Shown: positions 26,118 to 34,632 of the stretch, in pieces
Numbering within the stretch: position 1 is the stretch's first letter
Layout of the letters: every line of letters starts with the position of its first letter
Source of the DNA: a virus
Strand: one strand, 5' to 3'
Length of the DNA stretch: 41,141 nt
IMG/VR virus record: IMGVR_UViG_3300045988_104990
Location: 1-41,141 of that record
Program-made: the position numbers and the translations under genes
The notes under the pieces: model-generated
What the model saw: the letters and a program-made list of their open reading frames with translations, nothing else
Told to the model about the DNA's origin: nothing
Databases searched by the model: none

Positions 26118-29100
26118 ATGGCGACAATATTCGATAAACTGAATAAAAAAGCTGAAAAGGCAGCTGACAAAGGGGCGAAAAAGAAAAAGAAATATAGCCC
26201 TCAAAGAAAACAGCAGGTAAAGAGCGGATCCGTTTCTGTTGCTAAGAATAAAAAGAAAACCAGTAAAAACCTTACTTCTAATGAAGCTTTACTTCTTCAG
26301 AACCTATCCCGCACCGGCTCACCCAAAGTAGTAAAACAGGGTGTAAAAAACGCTGAAAAGACTTTACGGACTTCAAAGACAAAGACAAATGAGTATAAAA
26401 ACCTCAGTAAAAAGACCGAAAGGAAGAAGTCAAAGCCAAGTAAGCAGTTATCATCTAACGAAAGTCTGTTACTTCAGAACTTAACAAGAACAGGCACGCC
26501 AAACGTAGTCAACAAAGGCTTAAAGGGTGCAGAGAAAACATTACGAACTTCAAAGGCAAAGACAAATGAGTATAAAAACCTGAACAAGAGGGTAGCAAAG
26601 CAGGACGAGAAGTTTTTAAACTCCTCGCCTTTTGCTTATGGCTTTATGGCGGGAACTTCGCCTATTCCGTTAAAGGAAACACTCGAACTGCAGACAGGTC
26701 AGAAGATCGACACGTCTAAAGCAGAAAAGTCTGTCGGTTACAAGGCAGGCTATATGACAGGGCTTGCCGCTGAATATGCGACTACTGGCGGAATAGCAAG
26801 GGACGCAGTACAACAGAGCATAAAAACAGCCTTAAAACAGGCGGGAAAGAAAGCGGGCAAAGAGGCTGTAAAGGATGTTGCCAAAGACGCAAGTAAACAG
26901 ATAGCCAAGAACAGCACAAAACTTACCAAGATAGGTAAAAGAGTATTGCCGGGTATTGCAGCAGACACCATTACAGGCATACCTACCAATGCACTTGAAG
27001 CAGGCAAAGAGGCTTCTAAAGCACCTAAGGGCGAAAAGGGCAAAGAATTTGCCAAGTCACTGGCAGCAAACACAGCGTTTGATGTCGGTATGGGTGCTGC
27101 GGGTGAGGTTATTCCTGCGGCAATCAAGTCTGCCAAAGCAGCGAAAGCAAGCAGGAGTTCGTACATTCCTGCAAACACAGTGCCTAAAGAAAGCAAAAAG
27201 GTTTATAAAGAGTATACAAAAGCAAATAATAAGCAGATTGCGGACTATGCTAAAAAAGTTCAAAACAAAAATCAAGGCAAACAAAAATTTGTAGAAGTAA
27301 CCAAAGTAAACAAGCCTAACTCAGACAAAATAAATGAGTTGACCGGTGTTGATACTACAGGCTATACCATTAAGCTGAGAGGACAAACTTTAGAACAGCA
27401 TATAACGCCAAGACACGGAGCAAATGGCAACGCCGACAAATCAATGGCTGATATAAACGACTTATCAAGAATGGGATACATAATAGATAATGCAGACAGA
27501 ATAGATTATGTGTACGATAAGAACGGACGGCCAAAGGTGAGTAGGGAGTATACCAATAAAGACAGTTCGAGAGCAAACTTGATAATGTTTGAGAAGAAAA
27601 TTGACGGACATTATTATGTTGTGACTGCTGTGCCCGACACAAAAGACAAGTCCCTGCAGGTAGTTAGTTCATATATAAAAAAGGCGGGTCAGACAGGAAA
27701 TGAAAAAAACCTTTCCCAGTACGTCCGAAACGCTTCTGAAACCACTACCTTTAGTGACAGTGTAGCACCGTCCGCAACAGCTGTCAAGCCTTTAGATGAG
27801 AGGTTGTCAGTCGTTAGAGAAGCAAGGGAAGAAGTTCCGAAAGCCTCAGAAAACATATCGTATGAGAATATGACACAACCCGAAATCATCAAAAAGGCTG
27901 AACAGCGAAAGGTCCAACAGGTGGCAATGGAGAAGTCCGCACTTGAAAAAGATTTGGGTGCTGACATCAATAGAGTAAAAGACACAACGGAAGAAAACAT
28001 CAAGGAATACGGACAGTTTGTTAAAGACGGCAAACGCACCAACGTGCCACAAGCAACAGCATACGGAGACACCACGCAGGGAGCTGTCAATATCAGAAAC
28101 AGCAAAGAATTTGAGGAAGCCAAAGACGCTATCGACAAAGGTATAAACGAGGGAAGCTTTGCAAAGCATACAGAAACGCAGAAAACCGCACTGTCAAGAG
28201 CAGATGAAACCATAGCCAATGACGGACTAGACGTTGCAGCCGGGAAAGTGGCAGGTTATACCGAAAGCACAGCCAAAGTGAAAAAAGAGGTTTCTCAAGA
28301 TCAGATTATGTTAGGCTACAAGGTAGCACAGAAATATCTTGATGAGGGCAATATTGAAAAGGCTGTTGATGTTTTATCTGATACAGCAATGCTTGAAAGT
28401 GAAGCCGGTAGAGCGCTGCAGGCGGCAAGGATATTTTCTTCACTGACACCGGCAGGCAAAGTTAAATCCGTAACAAAGGCTGCTGATAAGCTAAGCAAGG
28501 AAAAGAATGTTGACATAACACTCAACAAAGAACTTCTTGAAAAGTTGGCAAAGACTACAGACGCAGACGAAGCAGCAAGAATACAGAATGATATTGCTGT
28601 CGATATGTGGAACCAAGTACCGCCTACCATTATGGATAAAATCAATGCGTGGAGATACACAAGTATGTTATCATCACCAAAAACACATATCCGTAACATG
28701 CTGGGCAATGCCATGTTTGTACCATTCAGAATAATATCAAACGGGCTGCAGGTGGGAATGGAAAAAGCCTTTGTGAAGGAAGCAAACAGAACAAGGGCGA
28801 TATTAAACCCTGCAACAGACAAAAATCTTATAAAAATGGGAGCGGAAGACTACAAAAAAGTAGAATTCACTCTTAGAAACAATACAAAGTACATTGACAC
28901 ACGCAGACCTCAGGACGCAAGGGTATATAAACTTAAACCTTTAGAGAGTGCAAGAAAGTTCGTATCATGGTCTCTTGACGCAGAGGACGGATTGTTTATG
29001 AAGTACCACTACTCAAGAGCATATGCAAGGTATCTGAAGGCACAGAAAATCAAAGGAAAAGTTCCTGCAGAGGTGGCGGAAAAAGCAAGAGCCTTTGCTT

Positions 29101-30629
29101 CACAGGAAGCCTTAGAGGGAACATACAGAGACGCCAATGCATTATCTGATTTTCTCAACAACACAAGGAAGTCGTGGGCTAACGCAGACAATAAAGTGTT
29201 GGCAAAACTCAGCACAATGATGTTAGATACCACAGTACCTTTTGTAAAAACTCCTGCCAACATCTTAAAGCAAGGTGTGAGATATTCACCTTTAGGGCTT
29301 GCTGAAGGTCTTGTAAGAACAGGAATATATGGTGTTAAAAAGTCATTCAGAAGCCCTGAGCAGGTAAGTAAGATTATCAAAGAAATATCAGAGGGGCTTA
29401 CAGGTACAGGAGTGACAGCCTTAGGAGCATATCTCGCTTATGAGGGACTGCTTAATACCTCAATGGATACGCAGAGCAAAAAAGGGCAGTACGACAAAAT
29501 GTTAGGCGAGCAAGAATACTCAGTCAACATAGGCGACTATACATACACTGTAGACTGGACCATACCGGCGTCAATGCCAATGATGATAGGTGCAGAGATA
29601 GCTAAGTTTACACAGGAAAAAGGACTGTCATTTGTCGATACGCTTAACGCCATAAGTAACATTGCAGAGCCTTTATTAAATCTGTCAATGCTTAGTGGTA
29701 TCGAAAACACATTCAATACAGCCTTTTCGCAGGAAAGTACATTTAAAGAGATTGCCAAAAACACAGCAGAAGGTTATGTGTCGCAATTCTTCCCAACATT
29801 ACTTTCGCAAATAGCCAAAACAACAACAGAAACAAGGAAATCAACGACAGCCACCAACAAATCACTAGCCGAAAGAGATATGAAAAGGTATCTTAATCAG
29901 CTCACAAACAAGATTCCGTTGGCAAACGAAAACCTTGCTGATTACATCAATTTGTGGGGCGGCAAAGAAACAAAGTATTCAAACTCGGACTATTTTGTAG
30001 CATTGTTACAGAATGTATTTTCTCCCGGCACTCTTAAAAAGAAAGAGACAACATCTGTTGATAGAGAGTTGTTATCTTTATATGACAGGCTAGATGACGA
30101 TACTGCAAATACAATTATTCCGAAAAACACACCAAGCGGATATGGTGTAGCTTTTGCCGGCACAGAATATCAGATGTCAGAAAAGGATCTGCAAAAATAT
30201 AAAGAGACGCGAGGCAGGCAATCATACGAAGAAGTTCACAAACTTATAAATACCAGCAAATATAGAAATATGAGCGACGAAGACAAGGCGAAAGCTATAA
30301 AAGAAATCTATAGCGACGCCGGGACATATGCAAAAGAAGAATTTTTGAGGTCGAAAGGCGTGTCTGACACAGATATCCAATTCAACAAATTGCATAAAGA
30401 AACAAAAGCAAAGTTCAACAATATGCCGTCAAATGTGACAAAAGAAGCGTATGTTGCTGTAATGAGTTCAAAAGGCAAGGCTAAAGCAGACACAGACGGA
30501 AACGGAAGCATACGACAGGTTGAAGCCAAGGCATATTTAGATACACTGCCATACTCAAACAGCGTTAAGGCAGAACTATGGCAAGCCTATAACGCAGGTT
30601 GGGCGGCAAGAAACAACCCTTACAGATAG
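26118..30629 (+). CDS. Large polyvalent virion/ejection protein with central Barnase-EndoU-ColicinE5/RelE-like (PBECR-type) nuclease-like domain
   Basis: 1503 aa from ATG 26118. Segment YTIKLRGQTLEQHITPRHG...DINDLSRMGYIIDNADRIDYVY...ANLIMFEKKIDGHYYVVTAVPDTKDKSLQVVSSYIKK (about nt 27330-27690) resembles PBECR domains described in phage polyvalent proteins. A Gly/Ala-rich hydrophobic region lies upstream. Confidence 0.6.
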   Translation: MATIFDKLNKKAEKAADKGAKKKKKYSPQRKQQVKSGSVSVAKNKKKTSKNLTSNEALLLQNLSRTGSPKVVKQGVKNAEKTLRTSKTKTNEYKNLSKKTERKKSKPSKQLSSNESLLLQNLTRTGTPNVVNKGLKGAEKTLRTSKAKTNEYKNLNKRVAKQDEKFLNSSPFAYGFMAGTSPIPLKETLELQTGQKIDTSKAEKSVGYKAGYMTGLAAEYATTGGIARDAVQQSIKTALKQAGKKAGKEAVKDVAKDASKQIAKNSTKLTKIGKRVLPGIAADTITGIPTNALEAGKEASKAPKGEKGKEFAKSLAANTAFDVGMGAAGEVIPAAIKSAKAAKASRSSYIPANTVPKESKKVYKEYTKANNKQIADYAKKVQNKNQGKQKFVEVTKVNKPNSDKINELTGVDTTGYTIKLRGQTLEQHITPRHGANGNADKSMADINDLSRMGYIIDNADRIDYVYDKNGRPKVSREYTNKDSSRANLIMFEKKIDGHYYVVTAVPDTKDKSLQVVSSYIKKAGQTGNEKNLSQYVRNASETTTFSDSVAPSATAVKPLDERLSVVREAREEVPKASENISYENMTQPEIIKKAEQRKVQQVAMEKSALEKDLGADINRVKDTTEENIKEYGQFVKDGKRTNVPQATAYGDTTQGAVNIRNSKEFEEAKDAIDKGINEGSFAKHTETQKTALSRADETIANDGLDVAAGKVAGYTESTAKVKKEVSQDQIMLGYKVAQKYLDEGNIEKAVDVLSDTAMLESEAGRALQAARIFSSLTPAGKVKSVTKAADKLSKEKNVDITLNKELLEKLAKTTDADEAARIQNDIAVDMWNQVPPTIMDKINAWRYTSMLSSPKTHIRNMLGNAMFVPFRIISNGLQVGMEKAFVKEANRTRAILNPATDKNLIKMGAEDYKKVEFTLRNNTKYIDTRRPQDARVYKLKPLESARKFVSWSLDAEDGLFMKYHYSRAYARYLKAQKIKGKVPAEVAEKARAFASQEALEGTYRDANALSDFLNNTRKSWANADNKVLAKLSTMMLDTTVPFVKTPANILKQGVRYSPLGLAEGLVRTGIYGVKKSFRSPEQVSKIIKEISEGLTGTGVTALGAYLAYEGLLNTSMDTQSKKGQYDKMLGEQEYSVNIGDYTYTVDWTIPASMPMMIGAEIAKFTQEKGLSFVDTLNAISNIAEPLLNLSMLSGIENTFNTAFSQESTFKEIAKNTAEGYVSQFFPTLLSQIAKTTTETRKSTTATNKSLAERDMKRYLNQLTNKIPLANENLADYINLWGGKETKYSNSDYFVALLQNVFSPGTLKKKETTSVDRELLSLYDRLDDDTANTIIPKNTPSGYGVAFAGTEYQMSEKDLQKYKETRGRQSYEEVHKLINTSKYRNMSDEDKAKAIKEIYSDAGTYAKEEFLRSKGVSDTDIQFNKLHKETKAKFNNMPSNVTKEAYVAVMSSKGKAKADTDGNGSIRQVEAKAYLDTLPYSNSVKAELWQAYNAGWAARNNPYR
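26262..26590 (+). repeat. Two tandem copies of a 177-bp (59-aa) repeat in the N-terminus of the polyvalent protein
   Basis: SKNLTSNEALLLQNLSRTGSPKVVKQGVKNAEKTLRTSKTKTNEYKNL versus SKQLSSNESLLLQNLTRTGTPNVVNKGLKGAEKTLRTSKAKTNEYKNL. The period of 177 nt was read from coordinates 26262 and 26439. Confidence 0.85.
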
Positions 30630-30639
30630 GAGAAAGAAG

Positions 30640-30966
30640 ATGTTAACAACAACCCAAATTATCACAATTATTGGATTTATCTTTGCTTCAAATGGCTTTT
30701 GGGCGTTTCTTACAAACCGAAGTCAGTGGAAAAAAGCAAACCTCGAGCAAATGCAGACGGATATTGCTGTTCAGAAAAAATCAAACAAGGCACTACTACA
30801 CGACAGGCTCACAGATGTCTGCCTTTTGTGTATACGGCGGCAGTGCGTATTCCCTGATGAACTCGACAACATAGAGTATATGTTTGAGCCATATGAGGAA
30901 TTGGGCGGAAACGGAACTGTTAAAAAATTAGTTAAAGACGTTAGAAAACTCCCTGTAAGGGAATAG
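30640..30966 (+). CDS. Membrane protein of the lysis module (function unknown)
   Basis: N-terminal TM segment IITIIGFIFASNGFWAFL. Immediately upstream of the holin. Confidence 0.5.
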   Translation: MLTTTQIITIIGFIFASNGFWAFLTNRSQWKKANLEQMQTDIAVQKKSNKALLHDRLTDVCLLCIRRQCVFPDELDNIEYMFEPYEELGGNGTVKKLVKDVRKLPVRE

Positions 30967-30979
30967 AAAGGAGAAAAAA

Positions 30980-31171
30980 ATGTCTAAGAAATGGTTAAAA
31001 GCAGCTCTCGTGAGGGCTGTAAAAACGATTGCACAGACAGCAGTTGCAACAATAGGCACTTCAATGGTTATCTCAGAGGTTAACTGGATAATGGTAGCAA
31101 GTGCGTCAGTGTTAGCAGGAGTAATTTCAATCTTAACTTCTGTTGCAGGACTGCCGGAAGTGGAGGAATAA
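30980..31171 (+). CDS. Holin (phiLC3-type)
   Basis: 63 aa. KAALVRAVKTIAQTAVATIG...SILTSVAGLPEVEE matches the phiLC3 holin family pattern. Precedes the endolysin. Confidence 0.8.
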   Translation: MSKKWLKAALVRAVKTIAQTAVATIGTSMVISEVNWIMVASASVLAGVISILTSVAGLPEVEE

Positions 31172-31172
31172 T

Positions 31173-31916
31173 ATGCGAATCAATGTACATTGTGGGCATA
31201 ACGCCGCAGGTAAAGTTGCCTGCGGCGCTGTGTCTATTCTAAACGAAAGCCGAGAGAACAGAAAAGTCGGGAAGGAAGTCATCAGACTTCTGAGAATTGA
31301 TAATACTGTTTATGATTGTACGGTAGATAATGCGAAAGATGTGAACAAAAACCTGCAAGAGATTGTAGCAAAATGCAATGCTCACGAAGTTGACCTTGAT
31401 GTTTCAATTCACTTTAACAGCGGAGCGAAAAATCAGAAAGGCAACGGCAAGGTTACTGGCACAGAAGTATGGGTTACCGAAAACAAGGGCATAAAAAGAG
31501 TTGTCGGCGAAAACATATGCAACAATATGAAACGATTAGGCTTTACGAATCGTGGGATAAAGAAAACAAGCGGACTTTATGTCCTTAATCATACAAAGGC
31601 AAAAGCAATTCTTATAGAGGTATGCTTCGTTGACGACTTAGACGACGCCAAGCTGTACCGCAAGGTAGGTTACAAGGCTGTAGCAAGAGCCATTGCGGAG
31701 GGAATTGTCGGACACAAAATCGACGAAAGACCAAAGTATAAGGCGGTGAGGAATGTCAATATCAGAAAATCCCCTACAATCCACTCAGATAAGCTAGGAG
31801 CAATTAAAAAGGGCGAGACGATAAAAGGTATACCCGTAGAGAATAACTGGCTGAAAACGGACAGGGGATATATAAAAATTAAAGGTCTTAAAACATACTT
31901 AAAGAGGGAGAAATAA
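31173..31916 (+). CDS. Endolysin: N-acetylmuramoyl-L-alanine amidase (Amidase_3, CD27L-like) with C-terminal SH3-like wall-binding domain
   Basis: INVHCGHN, DLDVSIHFNSG, GTEVWV, RGIKKTSGLYVLNHTKAKAILIEVCFVDD. The C-terminal YKAVRNVNIRKSPT...GETIKG...NWLKTDRGYI is SH3-like. Confidence 0.9.
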   Translation: MRINVHCGHNAAGKVACGAVSILNESRENRKVGKEVIRLLRIDNTVYDCTVDNAKDVNKNLQEIVAKCNAHEVDLDVSIHFNSGAKNQKGNGKVTGTEVWVTENKGIKRVVGENICNNMKRLGFTNRGIKKTSGLYVLNHTKAKAILIEVCFVDDLDDAKLYRKVGYKAVARAIAEGIVGHKIDERPKYKAVRNVNIRKSPTIHSDKLGAIKKGETIKGIPVENNWLKTDRGYIKIKGLKTYLKREK

Positions 31917-32008
31917 TGCTAGCAACAGATGTTTTAAAAAGGCTGAAAAGGCAAAACTTAATTCTGACTATTGCAGTATGCGTACTGCTGATTAAGAAAA
32001 GAGGCTAA
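31916..32008 (+). CDS. Possible 30-aa membrane peptide
   Basis: TAATG overlap with the endolysin stop. Hand translation gives MLATDVLKRLKRQNLILTIAVCVLLIKKRG. Very short. Confidence 0.3.
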   Translation: MLATDVLKRLKRQNLILTIAVCVLLIKKRG

Positions 32009-32014
32009 CTAAAA

Positions 32015-32236
32015 TTGAGAAAGGTAGTAAAGGTATGCGAATTTATTGAGCCGGAACTGGACCAGTTCAGGGCAATATGTAATTTCGTAGGGCTTGAAAA
32101 AGATGTATTTGAATTAAGAGCAAGAGGTTATTCATTATATGAGATGTCAGATACACTTGACGTTGATTACGATACTGTCAAGAGAACAAGCCAAAAGGTC
32201 ACACACAAAATCATAAAAGCAATTCCATACACTTAA
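32015..32236 (+). CDS. Small sigma-region-4/LuxR-like HTH protein
   Basis: TTG start, with no in-frame ATG near the 5' end. AAGAGG lies 9 nt upstream. LRARGYSLYEMSDTLDVDYDTVKRTSQKV is HTH-like. Confidence 0.45.
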   Translation: MRKVVKVCEFIEPELDQFRAICNFVGLEKDVFELRARGYSLYEMSDTLDVDYDTVKRTSQKVTHKIIKAIPYT

Positions 32237-32245
32237 TACACTCTT

Positions 32246-32286
32246 AACACACACTAATCTGTACGTGATTGGTGTGTGTTTTTTTA
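32246..32286 (+). terminator. Strong rho-independent terminator
   Basis: AACACACAC-TAATC...GATT-GGTGTGTGTT followed by TTTTTT. Confidence 0.8.
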
Positions 32287-32315
32287 TTATGCTGTAAGCG
32301 AAAGGAGATAAAGAT

Positions 32316-32660
32316 ATGTACGGTTTTAATCCTTATACAATGCCACAAGCCCCTGTGGGCGTGGTAAACAGCAACAGAGGGGAATTAATCAGAGTAACAG
32401 GTTTTGACGGTGCTAAAGCCTATCAGATGCCCCCTAACAGCAGTGTAGCACTCTTTGACAGCAACGAGGACATATTCTACGTCAAGACTACTGACGGAGC
32501 AGGCTTTCCTACAATCAGAGCTTTTAAGTTTACTCCAATGGAAACACAGCAGCCTGCAAGTGAATTTGTAACAAGAGATGAATTTGAGAGATTAAGGCAG
32601 GAGGTATTAAGTTATGGCAAGCAGTTTGTTCCAAACGAAGAAGCTCAGCAATCAGAGTAA
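32316..32660 (+). CDS. Hypothetical protein (accessory cassette gene 1)
   Basis: AGGAG RBS, 114 aa. No motif recognised. Confidence 0.6.
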   Translation: MYGFNPYTMPQAPVGVVNSNRGELIRVTGFDGAKAYQMPPNSSVALFDSNEDIFYVKTTDGAGFPTIRAFKFTPMETQQPASEFVTRDEFERLRQEVLSYGKQFVPNEEAQQSE

Positions 32661-32841
32661 TATAATTTCACTGATAAAGGGAAATCCGGTGCAGGCATTA
32701 ACAGGGATCCTGCAGAAAAACCCACATATAAAAAACACGCTAGACGCTATGGTAAAAGGGAAAGATCCGAAAGAGGTCTTTTATCAGAAGTGCAGCGAAA
32801 TGGGATACGATCCGGAAGACATTTTAAAACTGATACGCTAG
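32614..32841 (+). CDS. Hypothetical protein (accessory cassette gene 2), start embedded 47 nt inside gene 1
   Basis: Strong AGGAGG 9 nt before ATG 32614. 75 aa. Confidence 0.5.
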   Translation: MASSLFQTKKLSNQSNIISLIKGNPVQALTGILQKNPHIKNTLDAMVKGKDPKEVFYQKCSEMGYDPEDILKLIR

Positions 32842-32883
32842 CCTTTAAGGCTTTTGTAAATAAACTCAGAAAGGGGTATTGAG

Positions 32884-33465
32884 ATGGACAACAACTTATC
32901 ACTAGCAGACATTGCAGCAGTAAGCGGCAAAGAGGGAGCAAGCGGCGGCGGACTATGGATATTCGCTCTGCTTATACTTTTACTTATCGGAGCAGGCGGC
33001 GGCGGCTTCTTTGGCGGCAGTGCAGCGTCAAATGCAATGACACAGGCTGACTTATGTATGAACTCACAGTTCCAGAACTTAAATCAGAATGTGAACGATA
33101 TCGGGCAGAGACAGTTCATGCAGGCCAACGAGCACACTAAGGACATTGCCACAGCTTCGGCAGCAATGCTCACAGGCTTTGACACAGTAGGCTCTAAGAT
33201 TGATAACTGCTGCTGTGAGACAAACAGAAATATCGACAGCGTAAAGTTCGATATGGCAAACTATGTAGCCTCAATTAATGCTACGTCTACAGCCAACGCA
33301 CAGAAAATCTTAGATAAAATGTGCGAAAATCAGATGTCTGCAATGCAGAATGAAATTCAGACACTGAAACTGCAGCAGGCAATGTGCGGTGTTCCAAAAA
33401 TCAATCCTTACGGATATGGAATTGTGCCGACATTCAGTGGCTGCGGAAATCTGACAAACATCTAG
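32884..33465 (+). CDS. Membrane protein with Gly-rich TM segment and Cys clusters (accessory cassette gene 3)
   Basis: GGGLWIFALLILLLIGAGGGGFFGG TM segment, then a Q/N-rich helical region containing DNCCCETN, MCGVPK and SGCGN. Confidence 0.6.
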   Translation: MDNNLSLADIAAVSGKEGASGGGLWIFALLILLLIGAGGGGFFGGSAASNAMTQADLCMNSQFQNLNQNVNDIGQRQFMQANEHTKDIATASAAMLTGFDTVGSKIDNCCCETNRNIDSVKFDMANYVASINATSTANAQKILDKMCENQMSAMQNEIQTLKLQQAMCGVPKINPYGYGIVPTFSGCGNLTNI

Positions 33466-33475
33466 TCGAGGGGAT

Positions 33476-33500
33476 AAAAGAGGTCTTACGGACCTCTTTT
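33476..33500 (+). terminator. Hairpin AAAAGAGGTC-ttacg-GACCTCTTTT (terminator or attenuator inside the cassette)
   Basis: Perfect 10-bp stem with a T-rich 3' side. Confidence 0.6.
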
Positions 33501-33516
33501 GAGAAAGGAGAAAAAA

Positions 33517-33921
33517 ATGAGCTGTAAATCGGGAATATACACAGCAAACACTACGCAGGGTACAGCCGTTGCTAACGGCGGAATATTACCTTTAGGTAAT
33601 ATCATCAGACGATACGGACAGCATATCAACTTAGGCGGTAACGGTATCACTCTTACCGGTGGCGGATATTACGATGTAGACGCTACAGTAACAGTAACAG
33701 CTGCAGCGGCAGGTCCTGTATCAGTGGCATTATACTTAAACGGCGTTGCTGTGCCGGGAGCGGTTGCTACAGTAACAGCGGCAGCAGATGGGATTGTAAC
33801 ACTTCCTGTTTCTGCACTGGTAAGGCTTAACGGCTGTAATGCAGAGGGAACCCTTACTCTTGTAGTCGGCGGACAGGCTGTAACCACATACAACACAGCA
33901 ATGGTTGTAGAGAAGATATAA
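33517..33921 (+). CDS. Beta-rich Ala/Val/Thr/Gly protein, possible TNF/C1q-like jelly-roll (accessory cassette gene 4)
   Basis: AGGAG RBS before ATG 33517. The pattern GYYDVDATVTV...VALYLNGVAVPGA...GIVTLPVSALVRL...GTLTLVV...MVVEKI resembles BclA-C-terminal or spore-appendage-type beta domains. This is a memory-based, weak call. Confidence 0.55.
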   Translation: MSCKSGIYTANTTQGTAVANGGILPLGNIIRRYGQHINLGGNGITLTGGGYYDVDATVTVTAAAAGPVSVALYLNGVAVPGAVATVTAAADGIVTLPVSALVRLNGCNAEGTLTLVVGGQAVTTYNTAMVVEKI

Positions 33922-33933
33922 GGCGGTGATGTT

Positions 33934-34374
33934 ATGGGCTTGAGAGATATCACAGACAAAATCTACGCCTTAGACGACAAAGAGAAAAAGGAAAAGGCTA
34001 ACGACCTTTACTACAAGTCAGCACAAATGCTAAAACATCATAATCCGCAGGCATATGAGCAGCTTGTCAGAGAAGCAGAAAATATCTTTTATGACATTGA
34101 CGAAGAAAAGGCTGTACTGATAGTCAGGAAGATGATACCTTTCGGCGAACGGTGGACTTACGACACAATAAAACAATTTATCGCCACAAAAGGAATTACA
34201 GACAGGTGCATTGAATACTACTTAGCGATGAATATGGCATACAATGACTATTACGAAGTGGCTGCCAAATACGGCAATGATAATGAGGATTACTTCTTTG
34301 ACATAGCTAAAGCATTTGTAGATGATAAAGACGCAGTGCCGAATAAGGTTGCAAAATACTTTATGCTGACATAA
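33934..34374 (+). CDS. Helical hypothetical protein (accessory cassette gene 5)
   Basis: 146-aa ORF. A terminator lies immediately downstream. Confidence 0.6.
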   Translation: MGLRDITDKIYALDDKEKKEKANDLYYKSAQMLKHHNPQAYEQLVREAENIFYDIDEEKAVLIVRKMIPFGERWTYDTIKQFIATKGITDRCIEYYLAMNMAYNDYYEVAAKYGNDNEDYFFDIAKAFVDDKDAVPNKVAKYFMLT

Positions 34375-34375
34375 A

Positions 34376-34412
34376 GACAAAAACCACAGTTTTACCTGTG
34401 GTTTTGTCTTAT
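34376..34412. terminator. Bidirectional terminator between the accessory cassette and attP/int
   Basis: GACAAAAACCACAG-ttttac-CTGTGGTTTTGTC, a 13-14 bp stem with one bulge. Confidence 0.75.
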
Positions 34413-34423
34413 AAGAAAGGTCA

Positions 34424-34632
34424 CATAAAAGTACTAAAAAGGTACTAAAAAGTTATTTAAAACGCTTTTTTTCGCATATAATAGCCAAAATCAGCGTATT
34501 AAAAACGTTGAAATATCAATATTCATCAAAATCTATCAAATTCCAAGAGTTACTAGCTAACTAGCTTTATAGTGATATTATACTGTAAATTTCAACATTT
34601 TGCAAGATACAAAGTACTAAAAAGGTACTATT
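34424..34632. repeat. attP-like region: 20-bp direct repeats AAAGTACTAAAAAGGTACTA (34428, 34611), built from 11-bp GTACTAAAAAG units, flanking an AT-rich segment
   Basis: Repeats were read directly. The second copy abuts the integrase stop codon. Between them lie ACTAGCT-A-ACTAGCT (34552-34566) and three (T/C)ATCAA(A/T) motifs. Confidence 0.6.

Noticed and set aside
30671-30874. 67-aa alternative-frame ORF inside 30640-30966
   Set aside because: It is fully nested out of frame in a better-supported membrane-protein ORF that has the RBS (GGAGAAAGAAG-ATG).
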